A stretch of DNA of 64,000 bases from Bugula neritina (Eukaryota > Animalia > Bryozoa), in contig OZ037765.1 in the NCBI GenBank assembly GCA_964035545.1, positions 27,713,504 through 27,777,503 of the forward strand. Reading direction: 5' to 3'. This document shows, one piece after another, positions 56,715 through 64,000 of this stretch (the stretch's first letter is position 1; each line of letters begins with the position of its first letter). The notes under the pieces were generated by a model. The model saw only the letters and a program-made list of their open reading frames with translations. It did no database searches and was not told where the DNA came from. Both the position numbers and the translations under genes were made by a program.

Positions 56715-57448
56715 TTAGCAAAACCCAGGATTTGTATGCTCAATAATACATCTTTTTAGGAGTCGTTTTATTGTTCGGTAGGCATCTGGTGAAAGATGGC
56801 ATCCTTGAATATTGAGGTGTTGTAGGTGTTTACACCCCTTAGCAACTGCCAACACACCTTCGTCTGTTATCTCTTCACATGACTTTACACTAAGTTTCTT
56901 CAACTGAGTGCAATGGCGGGCCAACATAAACAGACCCGCATCCGTAACTTCACATTTGCCCAAATCTAGGGATCTCATTCGAGTGCAGTTCTGAGCTAGA
57001 GGCACAATCGATATATCAGATACAGCCACACACCCTCGAACATTCAAATATCTGAGTTTTCTACAGTATTTAGCAATGAATCCGACTCCAATATCAGAGA
57101 CCATGTCACACTTGGCCACGCTAAGATAACGCAGGTTGAGCTCCAGCCTCGACAGTTCTCTCAGACCCAAGTCACCCACTTTTCGACAGTCACTTACAGA
57201 GAGTTCTCGCAGCATCGTGCAACTGTTGGCTAAATACTGAATGCCAGTGTCCGTGATTCTCATACACCTTCTGAGGTAAATATACTGGAGCTGTGAGCAG
57301 TACGAAGCAATCGTCTGCATGCCCATGTTATCCAAATGAGCGCAGTCAGTAAGATCCAGCAGTCTTAGGAATATCTGCTTGTTGTGACTGCCATTAGCTT
57401 GATTGAGAGCTTCTGGGGTCAGACTGATGGAAGTAATTAGAACACAGC
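56715..57448 (-). CDS. FBXL7: F-box/LRR-repeat protein 7, last coding exon only; upstream coding exons not found in the window
   Basis: Cysteine-containing LRRs (LQYIYLRRCMRITDTG, LRYLSVAKCDMVSDIG, LRYLNVRGC) and the FBXL7-type C-terminus CIIEHTNPGFC*. AG acceptor at 57450-57449. Confidence 0.9.
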
Positions 57449-60400
57449 CTACAATTAGTAGAAGTCATTGACATTGCTCTAAAATATGAATGACAAACTA
57501 ATCTTTGTTAATGTAAAAAATAAAAAATGGTAAAGTAATCGATAAGAAATTTACTACTGCTTCACTACTACCAGAAGTCATCCCCACGCTACACTTATTG
57601 CAATTGTTTTGCTTATAGGAATTATCTTGTTAAAATGCACGGTTTTAGCCAACTCCAGTCAAAGCTCATTACATGTTGCAAGGCAAACAAACTCCAATAA
57701 GGAGACTTTTTCCCAAACCAGTCAATAAGCACTCCCTGAGAGAATACAGGAACTGGCACAACTACTGCCAGGCTACAGCATAGGTCTACCAGCTAAAGGT
57801 ATTTTATTCAGGCCTCATCAGGTAAACAGAATAAGAATTTCAAGCACTAACACGGAGCCTGACAGCACCTTCTTGCTGTGCCATCACCTGCACACACCTG
57901 TTGACTGCAATATTGTCAACAACACAGTATACAGCTGGGAGTAGAAGGAAATTAGGGTAATTAATTTATAACCATCTGTAAATATTTAAAAGGAGAATGC
58001 TATTGGTAGCTCATTAGTAGCCACTGATACTGGCAAACTAGAGTTCAAAAATCTCCTAACTGTTTTCTACAGGAACTATTTCAACAAAAAAATCGTGATA
58101 AATATTAACTGCCACGGCATCCACCGGATTGTATTTGGAATACAAACACTGCAGCGTGGCATGCATGTATATTCAAACCATTCAATCTAATCAATAAGTG
58201 TCAAACACACGGCAAGCTTGTCATTGTCCGGTGATAAGGCAACCAGTACAAACTCAGCTTTCAGTTTTATAGTTAACACAGTAATTGAATTCTTAAAGTT
58301 AGCACAGAGTGGATATTAGCTGGTGCGAGCTCTACATAAAACAATATTCTAAGTATTGTTATTCAAAGCTCAGGTAGCATTTTATCAATCATGAGTAAGC
58401 AAAACAAATAGAATCAGTTAATATTTGCTTTAAACATCGTAAGCATCCAGGTTATTTTGATAAAATCAATTACTGTTAATTAAAAGATCATACTTTTTTA
58501 GTAGCATTCACAAAATATATACAAAAAATCTCAACTCAATATACCAGAAAAAATGAATTAAAATATATGTGTTAATAGCACTGATATTGACGTGACCGTG
58601 GCACATGAAAAATCTGAAAAAAGAGTTGTCTTCTTTTTTTCTATATTAATATATAGAGCTTGTCGTGAAAATAAAGATTTTTTTAAAAAAATATTGTGAC
58701 CCTCTGGTAACTTCCTGAATTTAGAAAATTAGCTCATATATTTCTTTTCATGTGGACAACAGCTCACTTTTTTTTAAATTTATTTTGAAGCTCTTTTCGT
58801 AAAAAATAATCAAAAGTAAAAAATCCAAAATTTTTACAAATTGGTTCGGGGCTTGACGTGAAAGGCATTTGGACGAAGATGTCAAGGTCACCATTAATAA
58901 ATTTATTTCATCACAATTCACAATACTGCACGGAAAGTTAATGAAGTGAGCTGAAAATTAGGTTGCTAGCATATTGAATTTGATATACATTATATTGATT
59001 GTTGCAGTATTATTTTTGAAATTTGTTTTATCAGTTATGTTTAACTTCTTCATAGAGCTGCTGTTAGACTAAGAGTAAGACATAATATTAGCAACAATGA
59101 TAATATTAATAATAATAATAATATTTTATTATTTATATTAAATTAAAATTATTATTAAATTCACGGTGAAGTATCACTATCACTATGAGTATGAGTATCG
59201 TATAAATTAATTATGAGTATGAGTATCACTATGACATTAACTCAATCAATGATTGACTATTACTATGAATATGAATATGGCTTCTAATTCTTGTAACTTT
59301 TGACTATGACGATGCTGATACTGATAATCACTGCCAGCCCAAGTCTCATACTCATAGTGATACTATTAGTATTAATAATTAGTATTACTATTAGTACAAC
59401 TACTAGTATTACTCATAGTTCTGATAATGATGCAGATGATAGTTTTAAAAGTTCTACTTCTACTTTTATAGTAAGCTAGATTGTATATGTTGAGCTCTAC
59501 TCATTTTTTACTACTAATTTGCTAATACTAATACTAATAGTAATAGTAATACTAATAATAGTTATAGTTGTTATAATGATAGTAATACTAATAGTAATAA
59601 TAACTATTTCAATTTGATAATTTATGTTTTATAACAGCATTATCGCTTATCATTTACATTGGTTCATAATATGCTTATTTTAATTTTGCTTTGTGTGTTT
59701 TGTCATGTTGTAAATTTAAGTTCGTATGGTTATTTAATGAACTAGAGAACTAGCCAAATGTTATGTAACGGTTGCAGTAATTTACTATAAACTCAGTGAA
59801 ATTTAAAACCTAATTGATATTACTATGACATTGATTGTACAGAGGTAGCTAAAATATACATTAAATTACCAATAATTTTAATTCGCCAATACACTATGAG
59901 TAGAACAATCAAATGCAATGATAGAAAATTAATTAGTCATAGCAGCCCGTTGCTTGAGGAACATTGAGCTACAGGTCTAAAATGATGTAGTTTTGTGATC
60001 CCTTATATAACAAAATAATCTTTTCAAACTGGTTTAATACTTTTATTATAAACACGCTTATCAAAGTAACATGTTTTTGATGTATATTCTATTAAAAAAG
60101 CAATCACATCAGGTTTTCAATTTGTATGTTGTACAAAGTTTATTATGGTGACAAGTTACTAAATTATATGGTTCAGCTTTGTAAAGTAAAGCTGATAAAA
60201 TAAAAACAATTATGTGATTGTTTTACTGCTATATATTAAATTTAAATGAGTTGAATAATATCCTAGTGCAGTGAATTAGATATTTTTTTAGCTTTGGTAC
60301 ACCTGTTTGTTATAGGCTAACATTCCACCAATAGAAGAATGGTGCAAGTAGAAGAAATTTCAGGCGCAGAAAGCTAAGGAGCAGTCAGAATGCTGCCAGA

Positions 60401-63400
60401 GTTGTGAAGAGGCACTTGAAAAAGCTGAATTTCAATAATGACATGAAATTCGTAACAGATCACCCTGGTGTATTTGAACTGACATGGCCAGCAGAGTTCT
60501 CGAAGTCACATACAACAGCTATTTACATCATCATGGTTAGCTTAAATTTAATTCCTATATCAGTCTCTAATATATAGTTTGATATCTGCTGTAAATTTGC
60601 TTAAGGAGCATACACATAACCAAAACTGAGTTACACTATAGTATTTGTTCTTGAATATATTTACCAAGATAAGTAGATTTGCTAATTCATTAACAGTAAA
60701 ATTATAATGATACAACAATTTTTCTTTTAGATGATTCAATCAATAACACAAGACACTACAACATGGTTTTGCAGTTATAGAGTATTAATTTTCTGGCTCT
60801 TTCCAAATCTTCATAGAAGGCAAAGAAAACCACCGTCAGCTTGCCTTTATAACTGAGTGCAAGCTTCTTCCACCTACAGATGATGATAAACAATTTGCTG
60901 ATGTGGAACTTTCTAATTTTGTTTACAATGAAGATAGATTATAGGACATTATTCTTTATGTAAAGATTGTCAAGTTTTGTTATAATTAAGAACAGTTTTA
61001 GTTTCAATAAATCAGTTCAACATTATGGACATCATTGCACAAACATTTTAATCTTTACTACCTACAAAGGTATCTGATGGACTACTTGAAAATACAAAAC
61101 TATGCTCCAGATACACAATGAACTGACCAGCAAAGTTAAAATGAGTTGGAGATGTAGAACATAATATCTTGTTCAAGGCTTTTCCCTGCTGTTGGAACCT
61201 TCTACTTCAGAACACTGAATTGAACAAACATATGTAGATATATAAAACTTTGCAAACAATGATAATGTGAAATTAGTTGCTAAGTATTACATTGCTAATA
61301 AATACAGCATTGTGTAATGTTTTATTTAATTTTTTTTGAGCCATTTGATCTATAGGCCTGCATAGTATTTACTATATTATAACTAATAAATTGCAGACAC
61401 ATTATGTCAGACCAGTTTCCATTTAAATAGAATCGTGTAGGCTATCAAATTTGTAGAAGTAAAAAACCGAATTCTTATTGAGTAAAATACTTGCCTTTTT
61501 TTTTCATGATGCCTCTACTGCTAAAAAGAGAAGTTTTTATCAATACAGCTCCATCAATCTGTATCCTGATGAAGCTAGTAGTTTAGGAACATTTGTGGCG
61601 GGGAGTGTAGGCTGAGCTGCAGTATAGGAAGAACCCCAACATATGTAATCTATTCAGCACATTATATGTATATTTATTCAAAAAAGAATTTAGAAAACGC
61701 TTTATGAAGCATGAACAAAGTAAAAATTAATGCTGGTGAAAGTAATATTATTACACCCATTAGAATTACTAGCAGCTATAGCATTAAAATTATGTATTTT
61801 CATAAAAATGTGTCTAATTTATGCTACAAAGTTATTACTGCCAAAGGTTACAAAATTTACCAGTCACATTCATGCAGCTGGCGGAGAATAACTAACTTTC
61901 ACATGCAATAAATACAATTAGTAGCTCAATCTAAAACTAATGCGCTATTAAATGTTAGGAGTATAAGTTATAGTTATTCTAAGGAATAATTGCAAAAAAG
62001 TTACTTAGAGGAATTTAACTCTTATTATAATGTAATTATCTTCCAAGATATATTACAACATCACTACTTGGATGCATACAATGTCATATTTATATTGGCA
62101 TCAACATAATTTTCAATAATTTCCAATCTATTAACTTGAGCATTATGATTGTGATTATTTTATAAATAAGGCGATGATTAGGCACTGTTGGTATTTTGGT
62201 TCAATTTATTAATAGCTGTAACAGGCAGAGTTGTAAATATAATGGATATATCAAAATTCCAATGGGTATAGTACTCTAACACAACATTGATACTAATAAT
62301 TGTAGCCACTTACTCTTAGAGTTAGTGAATAATGATACAGTCATAACAATCTGAATTTCAATCAGAATTAGAGATAGGCTGACTGCTTTATAATATTATA
62401 GTTATGTCAAATTGAATTTATTCACTATAACTATACAATTTATGATTATAATTATAAATTAAAATAATTTAAATATTATATAATATATTGATAATTATTG
62501 GAATCATAATTATATTTATTGTTATGATCATTATGATTATAATTATTTAATATTATCTTTGTTTGTATTTAAAGTTGTTCCTTAAATTTAAAGTTGTTTA
62601 AATTTTATAAATTTATTATAATTATATTACTGTATAAGTATTGCTATTAGTATTAGTATAATTAAATTATTATAATTTATATTTTATTATTTATATTATT
62701 ATTTATTTTACTTTTTATTTTAAGACCAGCAGTTCAAATTAATACTTGTGTCGTTTGTTTTATATTATAACTTACAAGTATAACTATTAACATAATAATT
62801 TTACATTTGTTATTAGTATTACTATGAATATAAATATTTATATTAATATAAATATAGCTATTGGTATAACTTATACTTATAGTTATAACTAATATTATAA
62901 GTAATAGTTTCGAAACTGATTCTGCTCCGTAACTGATACTGTCATATGATTATGATTATCATTATGACTGATAATAGTATTAATAAATATAACCATTGAA
63001 TATTATTAATAATAGTTCACCAATAGGCGACAGTCATAGACTTAGAGTTAGAGTGAGAGTCATAGACATACTCATAGTCATAGTGATAGACTAGTGATAC
63101 TCATAGTCATACTGATACTGTGATTTAGTTTCACTGATTCAGTTACAAATTTTAAAACTTGGTTTTACGTAGACAACTACTAACCTATAATTCATCACAA
63201 AACGGTTGAAAATCATCATTTACTGCATATTTAAGAGTAATTTTCTGGTAGTGTGGTCGACATGATAATTGAAATTAAAATAGGGAAAATAATTATTTTG
63301 TGATTTACAGCAAGTTACAAACTAGCGAAATGGAATAGTCCATTTGAAAACAGTCAAATTAGTTACCTTTCTTGATGTTGCGTAGCTAACGTTAGTTATT

Positions 63401-64000
63401 AGTAGCCGCCCGAAGAGTAACATTCATGTGATTTGAACTACGAATAACGAGAATCTGTGACAAACCCGCTTCTTAATAACTTTACGCGATATAAACTCAC
63501 GCTACAATAGGGCTATTTTGCCATCCCCACGTCAGAATAGGACACGGAGGGCACGCTCGCGGGCAAGTCTGGGCAAGTCCAAGACACCTAATATGACCAC
63601 TTTTACTTACATTTTTGTAGTGTTTTCGTATAAGAAATTGGATAAAATGCTGATAAAACAGTTGAAAAGCATGCAAACTTTTGCTCAAATGTAATAAATA
63701 ACCTGGAAGCTTACCGCCTTTAAGTTATAAATGAATAAGACCTGAACAGACAATTCCGAAAATAACTCTAACTGAAAAAGCATAAAATACAGAGTATGAA
63801 GTAATTTTATAAGACCTGATTTTAGTAACATAATTTGAGTGACTGAAAGTTCTCTCTACTGCATGGAGGAGCATTACATTCGGGAATGAAAGAAAGTAGC
63901 ATCTTTGCCATTTGCTAACAATTCCAAAATATAGCCAATAGAGATAGACTATAGATCAGGATGCCTAGCCTGTTGGCATTACAGATAAGGGCTTCATGAT

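Noticed and set aside
63367-63688. Upstream FBXL7 coding exon (ORF 63497-63688; donor-like AAG|GTAACT at 63366)
   Set aside because: No F-box or LRR similarity, and the reported ORF stops at 63497, well before the donor. At most it is a non-coding exon.

Overview
AT-rich, intron-containing animal (invertebrate-like) genomic DNA; the species cannot be determined from the sequence. Six host genes can be reconstructed: SPMIP5/C10orf82-like (+), MXRA7-like (+), a PAR/NFIL3-type bZIP factor (-), CTU1 (-), an NRAMP/SLC11 metal transporter (-) and the last exon of FBXL7 (-). The centre (19722-40492) is a nest of mobile elements. A ~2.1 kb long-TIR element with an 8-bp TSD and a TA-rich core (uninterrupted sister copy at 48060-50209) has received two young Gypsy/Ty3 LTR retrotransposons in its (TA)n tracts. 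One LTR is itself split by an ISL2EU-type foldback element. The best candidate for an undescribed system is the third ORF of both Gypsy copies. It sits in the env position but is not env-like: acidic N-terminus, two zinc fingers, a TRIM28-like PxVxL (HP1-binding) motif, basic patches and a coiled coil, with synonymous-biased divergence between copies. Other points of note are a GUUAAAC plus stem-loop -1 frameshift signal, a D-box cluster upstream of the bZIP gene, a GC-AG intron in NRAMP and an orphan duplicate of two NRAMP exons. All calls were made by eye, without database searches.
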